From the IMG/VR virus record IMGVR_UViG_3300005077_000006, positions 1-64,000 of that record: a stretch of DNA of 64,000 nucleotides; one strand, given 5' to 3'. The DNA comes from a virus. Below are positions 38,191 to 45,958 of this stretch, piece after piece. Below the pieces are notes generated by a model. It was not told the DNA's origin. It was given only the letters and a program-made list of their open reading frames with translations, and made no database searches. Each line of letters opens with the position of its first letter. The first letter of the stretch is position 1. The translations under genes were made by a program, and so were the position numbers.

Positions 38191-39878
38191 TGCCGCGGAA
38201 GGTGTCTCAGGGCTTCGAGTTCGCTGAGGTCGGCCCCAACGCCGGGGAGACGGGATGGGACCCTCCTGCGGTGTGGAAGCCGGGTCGCCTGGTGAAGCGC
38301 TCCGAGTACGAGGGGACTGCCCCCGGCATCGACCCGGACGCCGTACGAGGGATCAGGCGGGAGCCGGAGGAGAAGGTCTCCGGATACGACGACACCATCT
38401 TCAGTGGCGACCCGACTGCCCTCATGGGCCAGCTCCGCAGCATCCACAAGATGGGGATGGCATCGTCGGGGTCGATCGGTATCGAGGACATAGACGCCCT
38501 GGGTCAGAGTCCCGGCACTGTTCGGCCCCGGCAGATGTCCAGGGCCATGAGTGAGCATCCTGTGGATGCTGGGCCGGGGTACGAGGCGGACAACAGCACC
38601 CTCGGGGTTGCTCCCAGTGAGCCAGAGGGTGATGGGCACGGGGACATCCCGATCGAGGAGCCGACGGGCCAGACCAGCACCAAGGAGATCTTGCGGCGGA
38701 GCGTGGGCAAGACCAAGGAGGGCGCTGGTCTACTCGCCGGTTTGATTCCGGCTTGGCTGAACGAAGACCCAGTCGGCATCCCACCTACTGATCGGGGACC
38801 TGGCAGGCTCGAGCAGAGAGCCATGCTCGAGCGGGCGGTGATGGAATCACTGGTGCGTGGCGGGATGGAGGATGAGCCAACTGCCCTAGCTATGGCTGGC
38901 CCATTGGCCCAGGAGGGCGCCCAGTACGCCCGACTGGCGGGGGAGGATGTCGATCGAAAGAACATGGCACTGGTCATGCGCGCCTTGGAGAAGCGGTCCA
39001 TGGCGAAGCAGGCTGAGCCCCCGCCTCCTCCAGGCATGTCGGCTGCCCGGTGGGACAAGATCCTCGAGGCGGGACCGAAGCAAGGGGAAGAGGAACTGCC
39101 CCCCATCCTCACGAAGATGGAGGACAAGAAGCCGGTCGTGGACGTGACAGATCTGATCCAGCGCTTGGAGAAGCGCGCCTACGAACTCCAAGGGCATACC
39201 GAGGTGCAGGGGATCCCGATCGCCATCGAGAACCGCAAGGGCTCCGTCCGCTCCGGCACCACCGAAGACGGGCACGAGTGGCGCACCAAGATGAAGTTCC
39301 CCTACGGCTACATCAAGGGCACCAAGGGGGCCGACGGAGATCCCGTGGACGTCTACGTGGGGCCGGACAAGGATGCCCCGGACGCCTACGTGGTTCACCA
39401 GCACAAGGTGGACGGCACTGGCTACGACGAGGACAAGGTCATGCTGGGCTTCTCGTCCAAGAAGGACGCCAAGGAGGCCTACCTCGCCCACTACGACGAC
39501 CCCAAGTTCCTGGGGCCCATCGCCAAGGTCTCGGTGGAGCGGTTGCGGAAGCTGGTGGAGAGCAAGAAGCAGCTCACCAAGATCTCCAGGGCGTCCTGGT
39601 CGGCCCTCCTCCAGGAGCTCCAGAAGATAGGAGAGGCAGCAGGCGCCCTGGAGCCCCAGGAGCCCCGTGGCGGCCGCCTCCTCGAGCTGGTCAGGAAGGC
39701 CGGCCCAGGCGTCGGAGGAGCCCTGGGGGCCGGCGTAGGGGCCTTGCTGGGCCTGAAACGGGGCAAGCTGCTGTCGCACACCCTGGCCGGACTGGGCACG
39801 GGCGCTACCCTGGGATGGGCTCCCGACCTCTACCACAGCGCCCGTGAGGCCATCGAGAAGTACAGGAGCGGCCAGTGA
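38190..39878 (+). CDS. K-x-A-delimited polyprotein with inorganic-pyrophosphatase-like domain and glycine-zipper C-terminus
   Basis: IAIENRKGSVRSG..W..KM..PYGYIKGTKGADGDPVDVYVG..YDEDKVMLGF..AYLAHY between EKRA and TKIS / LLQELQKIG. Confidence 0.8.
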   Translation: MPRKVSQGFEFAEVGPNAGETGWDPPAVWKPGRLVKRSEYEGTAPGIDPDAVRGIRREPEEKVSGYDDTIFSGDPTALMGQLRSIHKMGMASSGSIGIEDIDALGQSPGTVRPRQMSRAMSEHPVDAGPGYEADNSTLGVAPSEPEGDGHGDIPIEEPTGQTSTKEILRRSVGKTKEGAGLLAGLIPAWLNEDPVGIPPTDRGPGRLEQRAMLERAVMESLVRGGMEDEPTALAMAGPLAQEGAQYARLAGEDVDRKNMALVMRALEKRSMAKQAEPPPPPGMSAARWDKILEAGPKQGEEELPPILTKMEDKKPVVDVTDLIQRLEKRAYELQGHTEVQGIPIAIENRKGSVRSGTTEDGHEWRTKMKFPYGYIKGTKGADGDPVDVYVGPDKDAPDAYVVHQHKVDGTGYDEDKVMLGFSSKKDAKEAYLAHYDDPKFLGPIAKVSVERLRKLVESKKQLTKISRASWSALLQELQKIGEAAGALEPQEPRGGRLLELVRKAGPGVGGALGAGVGALLGLKRGKLLSHTLAGLGTGATLGWAPDLYHSAREAIEKYRSGQ

Positions 39879-40390
39879 GATACATCCTGCTGATTTCCCT
39901 CATCCTTTTCTCCCTCCCCGCTCGAGCGGCCGACCCCTGCGTCAAGCAGCTCTACTCCGACCCCAAGGTCGAGCCCGACTACGACTGCCCCAGCCCCCAC
40001 GAGGACAGCCTGGTGCCCAGGCTGCAGCTCAAGGAGTCGACCACCCTGAAGCTCAAGGAGCCGGCCCCGTGGGAAGGCATCCTGATGGAGAAGGAGCGCG
40101 TCATCGTCCTGGGGCTCAGGGTCAAGGCCCTCCGGAGGCTGCGCTGGCAGGACATGCGAGCGGCTGATGAGCGGCTAGAGAGCGAGCGGACCTTCCTCAA
40201 GGCATCTGCCAAGGCCGACCTGGACCTGGCTCGATCACAGCGGGACAGCTACAAGGAGCAGAACAAGGCACTGCAAGCCGAGGTCACTCGCCTCAACCGG
40301 TGGTACCACTCGAAGACCTTCTGGTTCGTCACCGGCATGGTGGTCACGGCCGCCGGCGCCACCGCTCTCGCGTTCGGGCTAAGGAAGTAG
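39875..40390 (+). CDS. exported protein with signal peptide, coiled coil and C-terminal TM (spanin-like)
   Basis: MRYILLISLILFSLPARA signal; WYHSKTFWFVTGMVVTAAG anchor. Confidence 0.6.
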   Translation: MRYILLISLILFSLPARAADPCVKQLYSDPKVEPDYDCPSPHEDSLVPRLQLKESTTLKLKEPAPWEGILMEKERVIVLGLRVKALRRLRWQDMRAADERLESERTFLKASAKADLDLARSQRDSYKEQNKALQAEVTRLNRWYHSKTFWFVTGMVVTAAGATALAFGLRK

Positions 40391-40392
40391 GG

Positions 40393-40424
40393 CAAAAGAA
40401 GAGAGGGCTCATCGCCCTCTCTTC
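40393..40424 (-). terminator. intrinsic terminator at the convergence of late and replication transcripts
   Basis: 11-bp stem GAAGAGAGGGC / GCCCTCTCTTC (40398-40408 / 40414-40424), followed by TTTT on the minus strand. Confidence 0.75.
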
Positions 40425-40450
40425 GAACTACTTGTACCCGCTTTCGCGGA

Positions 40451-40660
40451 TCAGTTTTCGATCAGGTTGTGGGAGAGGATGCAGGAGAGTACTGCATCCC
40501 TGTCTTGGTGGGCATCGAGGTCAGCGTCCACCACTACCGAGGCGAGGAAGCTGTTGAGCTCGTCGTTCGACATCTGGTGAAGCGCCTCCACGGGAATGGT
40601 CAGCAGGTCAGCTTGGTCGGGCGGAAGTGGATCCCGCGGGTCTACTCGCCCGACTGCTCG
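40451..40660 (-). CDS. -1 frame extension of the 40642-41172 gene (or a separate 40-aa ORF from the ATG at 40573)
   Basis: Open frame downstream of slippery G_GGA_AAC encodes EALHQMSNDEL..DRDAVLSCIL, an HeH-like segment. Confidence 0.6.
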   Translation of the reverse strand, partial: RAVGRVDPRDPLPPDQADLLTIPVEALHQMSNDELNSFLASVVVDADLDAHQDRDAVLSCILSHNLIEN

Positions 40661-40683
40661 TTTCCCTGGTTCTCCCACTCCTC
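40616..40683 (-). other. programmed -1 ribosomal frameshift signal
   Basis: Internal SD GAGGAG (40683-40678), 11 nt, in-phase G GGA AAC (40666-40660), 5 nt, then hairpin GTCGGGCG..CGCCCGAC (40654-40616). Confidence 0.7.
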
Positions 40684-41172
40684 GTCCAGCTCGGTCAGCC
40701 GGGCCTCCAGCTCGTCCGGCTCGCCGGTGAACTTGTAGAGGTCGGTGAGGAGCCCGAAGATCTGGAAGTTCTGCCGCTGCGTCTCCGCCTGGGTGTCGAG
40801 GATCTGCTGGAGCATCTCCTTCAGCTCCGTCTGGTTCTCGTCCACGGTCTTGCCCAGGACGTCGATGCGACCGATCACCGCATCGCCGTGGCTGACCTCG
40901 CGGCCACTCGGCTTGCCCTCGGGCTGCTCCGAGGGCTTCTCCTCCTGCGGCGCCGGGCGCCCCCGCCCCCGACCAGCCGCGGGGGCGGTGCGGGACTTGG
41001 CCTGAGTGGCCTTGCCGTTGCCACCACCCTGCTCGGACAGGATGCGGTCGATGAGATCCTGGGACTTGATGTTGGAGCACTCCTTGTTGTCGATGCCCAG
41101 CACGGTGATCGCCGCCCTGCGCAGCTCGACCCGGGTCATGCCCTTGAGGTCCTCTTCGGTGTAGTTAGACAT
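40642..41172 (-). CDS. Rho-N/HeH-like nucleic-acid-binding domain + linker + coiled coil
   Basis: YTEEDLKGMTRVELRRAA..LGI..K..DLIDRIL N-terminus. Confidence 0.7.
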   Translation of the reverse strand: MSNYTEEDLKGMTRVELRRAAITVLGIDNKECSNIKSQDLIDRILSEQGGGNGKATQAKSRTAPAAGRGRGRPAPQEEKPSEQPEGKPSGREVSHGDAVIGRIDVLGKTVDENQTELKEMLQQILDTQAETQRQNFQIFGLLTDLYKFTGEPDELEARLTELDEEWENQGNEQSGE

Positions 41173-41407
41173 GTCTCTTCCGTCTCCTAGGTTTCACTGT
41201 TGCGGCGCTCTTGATGTTCAGGTTGTCGACCTCGTACCGTAGCGCCGCCGGGCCGAGGTTCTCCTTGATGATGTCTCGAGCGCGCTGTTGAGCTTCCGAG
41301 ACAGGCAGCCAGTCGTTGCAGTAGTCACCCTCTTCCAGCATCTTCTCGGTGACTCTCTTGCACTCCTTGAGAAGACTACAGATCGTGCAAGCGCGCTTTG
41401 CCTTCAC
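41165..41407 (-). CDS. small Cys-rich protein
   Basis: GTGA-coupled start; CTICSLLKEC..YCNDW; basic tail. Confidence 0.6.
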   Translation of the reverse strand: MKAKRACTICSLLKECKRVTEKMLEEGDYCNDWLPVSEAQQRARDIIKENLGPAALRYEVDNLNIKSAATVKPRRRKRHV

Positions 41408-41745
41408 CGTAGCCCTCGTTCCTCGAGGACCCGCTTCATGATGTCCTTGTCGCACTCCTTGATGGCGCAGATGAAGGCCCGCGCGGCGGGACACTCCCAG
41501 CAGGGGGAGTACTCGGCAGCACAGTCCAACTGCTCCTTCACGATCGGCCACTCCTCCTTCATCCGCATCATCGCGTTGCGTGCATCATCCAGTGGGTCAG
41601 GTGGAATGTCGTCCGGATCGACCCTTCCCTCCAGCAGGTCCACCAGCTTCTCGCGTTCGATTCCGCGATGCGCCGCGTAGAAACCTTTCTGCCAGCAGAG
41701 GGCCACGAGTTCGGACACGTTCATCTGATCGTAGTCGAGCATCAT
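41404..41745 (-). CDS. HeH-like N-domain + Cys cluster protein
   Basis: YDQMNVSELVALC..REKLVDLL; CAAEYSPCWECP..FIC; AAGGAGG RBS. Confidence 0.65.
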   Translation of the reverse strand: MMLDYDQMNVSELVALCWQKGFYAAHRGIEREKLVDLLEGRVDPDDIPPDPLDDARNAMMRMKEEWPIVKEQLDCAAEYSPCWECPAARAFICAIKECDKDIMKRVLEERGLR

Positions 41746-42181
41746 AGGCCTCCTTCGTCAGGCCCACCTCCTCCTCTGGGATCTCCCGGAGCCGCACGTA
41801 GATCCCCGGGTTCTTGGGATCGCAGTGCTTCTCCAGCCTCACCCGGAAGTTGTGGCTGTCGTCGAGTCCCACGGCTTCAGCCGTGGTGTCCTCGATCAGT
41901 TTGACTTGGTTGCTGAGGTCGATCTTCTTGTAGCGGGCTCCCACGGTGGACTTCTTCACCTCCACTTCCTCGAAGAAGACGGCCAGCGTCAGCTCGTAGG
42001 GCACGTTCTGGCGCAGGTGCATGAAGGCCACCCTCCCCTCCTTCTGGATGGTGCGCATGGCCTTGACCTTGAAGGCGCGTGCCTTGTCGGACAAGATCCG
42101 CCCCTTCCCGGTAGGGTGCTTGATGTAGATCTGATTCGAGGAGGGTGGCAGGTGCGGCACCCACACGAGCAGCTCGCTCAT
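41597..42181 (-). CDS. RusA-like Holliday junction resolvase
   Basis: PPSSNQIY..GRILS..AR.FK and DLSNQVKLIED..GLDDS motifs. Confidence 0.75.
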   Translation of the reverse strand: MSELLVWVPHLPPSSNQIYIKHPTGKGRILSDKARAFKVKAMRTIQKEGRVAFMHLRQNVPYELTLAVFFEEVEVKKSTVGARYKKIDLSNQVKLIEDTTAEAVGLDDSHNFRVRLEKHCDPKNPGIYVRLREIPEEEVGLTKEAYDARLRSDERVRTRGPLLAERFLRGASRNRTREAGGPAGGKGRSGRHST

Positions 42182-42780
42182 CTGCGTCCCCTGCGGAACT
42201 TGTCCAGCACGGACTGATGGGTGTCCCTTCGGTCCTGCCCTGGCCCCGGCCTGCGCGAGATGCCGACCGCCTTGCCCTCCGCGTTCTGCCGGGACTCCAG
42301 CACTGCGTAGGACCGGGAGACCGTCTCGATGTCCCGCTTGAGCCCATCCACGATGCCCACCAGCAGGCGGTACTTGGTGTCGCAGAACTCGAAGTTCGCG
42401 TCCGCCTCCACATACCGACGGTCCAGACGGGTCTCGTCGTCCTTGTCGGCCACCGTCCCGGACTTGGTCTTTCGGATCCGGGACCAGGCGAACGTGCGCC
42501 TCTTCTCGGCAGCGTTGCGCTGGCCCTCCGCCAGCTTCAACTGGCCGATGGCGTATCCGTACCAGGTGGTGAACTGGCCGATCAGCCGCTGGATCTCGGC
42601 GAAGCTGCACAGGCTGAGATCGGGCGGCAGGTGGGGGAACTCGTCGAACTCCCCGGCTCTGTCGGTGGGGCGCGTGGACACCGACAATCCCATGTCGATG
42701 ATCGCGGCCTCTGCTTTGTCGGGGGCCTCAGAGTAGACCTTCATCCCCTCGTCATAGGTGACTTCGAAGCTCGCCATCAC
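42178..42780 (-). CDS. coiled-coil protein, UvsY-like recombination mediator candidate
   Basis: TVADKD...LD.RY...LLVGIV..LKRD...VSR pattern; lies in the RecA operon. Confidence 0.5.
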   Translation of the reverse strand: MMASFEVTYDEGMKVYSEAPDKAEAAIIDMGLSVSTRPTDRAGEFDEFPHLPPDLSLCSFAEIQRLIGQFTTWYGYAIGQLKLAEGQRNAAEKRRTFAWSRIRKTKSGTVADKDDETRLDRRYVEADANFEFCDTKYRLLVGIVDGLKRDIETVSRSYAVLESRQNAEGKAVGISRRPGPGQDRRDTHQSVLDKFRRGRR

Positions 42781-43661
42781 GCCTCCTTTCTCTTGCGGAA
42801 CGCGGAGGTCACACGAGCATCAGGACCCTTGGTGCGGCGCGGGGGCGCACACACCTTGCGGTACTTGCAGTTGGAGCAGTGCCAACCGTTCTCCCGCTCC
42901 GGCGGATCGCCCATGATGGCGCGCTCCTGCACGAACGAGAGCTTCTTCTCGATCGCACTCCAGATTGCCGGGTCGAAGACGTGGGCGTACTCCGCCATGC
43001 TGCTGTCGTTCTTGTTGTAGTAGACGAACACCATCACCGGCAGGTCCAGGCAGCGCTGGTAGATCGTGCCCTGCGTAATGTGCTCGGGGTGCGGACTGGA
43101 GGTCTTCTTGTAGCCCGCGTCGTTGATGGTCTTGATCTCGATGCCGAAGCGAAGAGACAGACCAGGTACGGTCACCTCGTAGATCCCGTCCGTGTGCCCG
43201 GAGAGATCCATCTGGTCGGCGATGCCCCCGTCCTCTGGACTGACCACCGCCTCCGGGCAGAACCGCTCTGTCCCGTTGCTCTGCTCAGCCACCTGCTCGA
43301 GGTAGGCCTGGAGCTGAGCGTGTACGGCCGATCCAGTGTCCAGTAGAGCACGCATCCGAGGCTCCCAGGCCCCCTCTGATTCCTCACCCACCAGGTCGTA
43401 GTAGAGGAGCCGGGCACAGCCGATCGAGTACCGGCCGCATAGAGACTTGCCCGTGGCTCCGCCAACGGTTGATGCGTGGAAAACGTGGGTCCGCCGATTC
43501 TGCCCGAGGTCGAAGGTAACCTTCAGGTGCTTCAGCGGCTCCACGTTGAGGTCCTCCAGGAACGCGTGGATGCGTGTGACCACGGATGCCTGGGGAAGCA
43601 GCTTCCGCAAGACCTGCGGTGTCAGCTTCTCCAGGTCGCTGATTGTCAGTAGTTCATGCAC
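42777..43661 (-). CDS. Cas4-like PD-(D/E)xK exonuclease with Fe-S staple
   Basis: GCARLLYY, GSAVH, SGHTDG, IEIKT, HITQGTIY, CSNCKYRKVC. Confidence 0.85.
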   Translation of the reverse strand: MHELLTISDLEKLTPQVLRKLLPQASVVTRIHAFLEDLNVEPLKHLKVTFDLGQNRRTHVFHASTVGGATGKSLCGRYSIGCARLLYYDLVGEESEGAWEPRMRALLDTGSAVHAQLQAYLEQVAEQSNGTERFCPEAVVSPEDGGIADQMDLSGHTDGIYEVTVPGLSLRFGIEIKTINDAGYKKTSSPHPEHITQGTIYQRCLDLPVMVFVYYNKNDSSMAEYAHVFDPAIWSAIEKKLSFVQERAIMGDPPERENGWHCSNCKYRKVCAPPRRTKGPDARVTSAFRKRKEA

Positions 43662-44175
43662 GCATCTTCTCCACGATTGCTAGGAACAGTTCGTAGGGGA
43701 CGGCCACGAATTGGCGGCCGAGTTGTCGGAAGTTGATCACCAGGCCGGGCCACTCCCCGGCCTGGTTGGCGTGATGCACCACCTTCTGGAGATCCTCGAC
43801 CTCCAGTCGGTAGCCCTTGATGCTGTCCGTGTACTTGTGTTCCAGCCGCCACTCATCGATCTTCCTGATGTCGGCCTTGGTGTCCTGGTTGCCCGAGCCG
43901 GGCGTGGTCCTCCCCCCGATGTCCTGAGCCACGCCCGCCTCGAGCTTCCTGGAGATCTTGATCTGCCGTCGCCTCTCCTGCTTGGTGGCCACGGACTCAC
44001 GCTTGGTCTGGAACTTGATGACGAACCCCTTGTCCTGGCAGGCATCACAGAGGCGGAACTCCTGTAGCCGCACCTCTCCCTGCCGGAGCTCGTACTGGGT
44101 GGTCTCCCGGACGCGGCCGCAGTGAGAGCACTGCTTGCCGAACCCGAGATAGCGCACCACGAGCTCCAGGATCAT
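43654..44175 (-). CDS. Zn-ribbon + Hjc-like PD-(D/E)xK endonuclease
   Basis: CSHC..CDAC; E..VA..IGGRTTPGSGN..ADI..LEHK; ATGA-coupled to the recA stop. Confidence 0.75.
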   Translation of the reverse strand: MILELVVRYLGFGKQCSHCGRVRETTQYELRQGEVRLQEFRLCDACQDKGFVIKFQTKRESVATKQERRRQIKISRKLEAGVAQDIGGRTTPGSGNQDTKADIRKIDEWRLEHKYTDSIKGYRLEVEDLQKVVHHANQAGEWPGLVINFRQLGRQFVAVPYELFLAIVEKMRA

Positions 44176-45470
44176 TGCTCGTCCTTGTAGCGCACGTGAT
44201 TCAGGTTGGCCTGCCGCAGCATGGCTGCCCACAGCTTCTGCTTCAGCTCCGGATCTTCTCCCAGGGCTGTGAGTACCTCCTCCTTGCCCCTCCACTTGTA
44301 GTCCTCGAAGGAGTAGTTGGCGCCGCCACGATCGAAGATCCCGAAGGTGGAGCAGTAGGTGAAGAAGTCGAAGTCGACATCCACCTCCGGCGGGTTGAAG
44401 TAGTACCGGAACGCGCCGGTCTTACCCTCGTGCGTCCCCGCCTTCCCCTTCGTCAGCTCCCACTTGATCTCCTTGCCGATCTTCACCTCCTTCGACTTGA
44501 GCGGTTCCCCAGGACGGATCTGGATGTCGAGCAGCTTGCCGTGCTTCAAGGCCCACGCCCCACCAACCTTGTACTCCCGGGCGTACATGCCGCCCTTCAT
44601 GTTGGCGCGGACCTGACGGATCCCGATGATGGACGTTTCGTTCTCGTCCTGCTTGGGGTGCTTCCCCTTCCACCCGCAGTCCCCTGCTCGGCAGAACCAG
44701 TTGTAGCCTCCCCCGCTCGTCTTCTTGTGCTCGAGCTGGAACGACCCGCACTGCGGACAGTAGAGCTTCGGGGTCAGCGCGCCCTGCACCTTCTTCATCC
44801 ACCGGGTCTGGACGTTGGAGGCCGCGGCCACGCGAGCGTCCTCAGAGAGGTCGGTCTGCTCCTCCCAGGTGGTCAGCATGCTGTCCCAGGAGTCCACCGC
44901 CCCGATCTGGTAGACGTTGGAGTCGATCATGGCCACCACAGCATCCAGGTTCGCCTCCGCAGCCCCGCGCAGGATGTGGAACTGACCGCAGTCAGTGTCG
45001 TCCTGCAGGTCTGCGATCTCCCCCTTCTCCAGTGGCGCCTCCCCACGCTCCCGCCGCCGGCGCATCTCGATGCCGATCTCGTAGTCCGAGAAGGGCACCT
45101 TGAAGCCGAGGTGGCGGGCGTACATCTTGTCGAAGGGGAACTCCATGCAGAGCATGAAGATCTTCGTCTCGGCACCGTACAGCTTCTGCACCCTGGCGAA
45201 GTAGCTGTAGGTCAGTAGGTTCTTGCCCGCACCATCCGGGCCGTCGATCTGCGTCAGGCCACCCGCAGGGATCCCTCCCCCGGTCGCGATGTCCAGCGAA
45301 GGGATACCGCACGGTCGGCGCAGGTCGAACCTGCCCTCCAGGTCGGAGCCACGCTGCAACACCACGCCTCGCCCACCCAGCTCCGCCTGCAGGACCTCGA
45401 ACAGCTCGTTCACGTCGGCCCGCATGGGCCTACCGGCGGCTGTGGTCGGGGTTCGCTTCTTCGCTGCCAC
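44172..45470 (-). CDS. recA: RecA/UvsX-like recombinase
   Basis: GIPSLDIATGGGIPAG, P-loop GPDGAGKN, VDSWDSM, IRQVR, GGAWALKH; GTG start after AAGGAG. Confidence 0.9.
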   Translation of the reverse strand: MAAKKRTPTTAAGRPMRADVNELFEVLQAELGGRGVVLQRGSDLEGRFDLRRPCGIPSLDIATGGGIPAGGLTQIDGPDGAGKNLLTYSYFARVQKLYGAETKIFMLCMEFPFDKMYARHLGFKVPFSDYEIGIEMRRRRERGEAPLEKGEIADLQDDTDCGQFHILRGAAEANLDAVVAMIDSNVYQIGAVDSWDSMLTTWEEQTDLSEDARVAAASNVQTRWMKKVQGALTPKLYCPQCGSFQLEHKKTSGGGYNWFCRAGDCGWKGKHPKQDENETSIIGIRQVRANMKGGMYAREYKVGGAWALKHGKLLDIQIRPGEPLKSKEVKIGKEIKWELTKGKAGTHEGKTGAFRYYFNPPEVDVDFDFFTYCSTFGIFDRGGANYSFEDYKWRGKEEVLTALGEDPELKQKLWAAMLRQANLNHVRYKDEQ

Positions 45471-45615
45471 CGTCAGGTCTCCTTTCGTATGGCTCGGTAC
45501 CACGGTCGGGATCGAGAGGGACGTTCGTGTCTGGGTGGGGATCCTTCTCCCCCGCCCCTGCTTTCTTCTCCTTGGGCACCTTCTTGGGATCGATCTCCAC
45601 TCCGTACTTCTCCAT
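45430..45615 (-). CDS. small protein MEKYGV...GTEPYE with EKKAG motif
   Basis: Strong AAGGAG RBS and GC3-rich codons, although almost fully overlapped by the HU tail and the recA start. Confidence 0.55.
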   Translation of the reverse strand: MEKYGVEIDPKKVPKEKKAGAGEKDPHPDTNVPLDPDRGTEPYERRPDGGSEEANPDHSRR

Positions 45616-45955
45616 GTTGCTTCTCCTTTCTGATTAGCCCAAAGCGTTGGGCTAGGTTCTCCTCCTTGTATAGCTCAGTCGACGCGCGCACGTCCTCGCG
45701 CAAGGTGTCGTTGGCGTAGAACTTCACCTTGCGTGTAGGCGGGATCCGAACACGCAATCCCGTGACTGGATTGCGTCCTGATCGTGCCGCCATTGGGCAG
45801 TTGCGCAACCAACCAAGCCCGCGCAGATGGACGTCTCTCCCGTCCACCAACGCCCGAAAGACGACGCGGAAGAACACTCGCAGGATGGCGCGGATCTCCC
45901 TCCGCGTGTAGTGCGTCTCGTCCGCGATGGTCGAGACCAGCTCGTGGAACCGCAT
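45473..45955 (-). CDS. HU/IHF-like DNA-binding protein
   Basis: ELVSTIA..V.L.GLG..ARSGRNPVTG..IPPTRKVKF. Confidence 0.85.
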   Translation of the reverse strand: MRFHELVSTIADETHYTRREIRAILRVFFRVVFRALVDGRDVHLRGLGWLRNCPMAARSGRNPVTGLRVRIPPTRKVKFYANDTLREDVRASTELYKEENLAQRFGLIRKEKQHGEVRSGDRSQEGAQGEESRGGGEGSPPRHERPSRSRPWYRAIRKET

Positions 45956-45958
45956 GGG

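Noticed and set aside
44630-44780. Intein in RecA
   Set aside because: The insert is only about 40 aa and lacks the C/S start and HN-C/S/T end; treated as a Zn ribbon.
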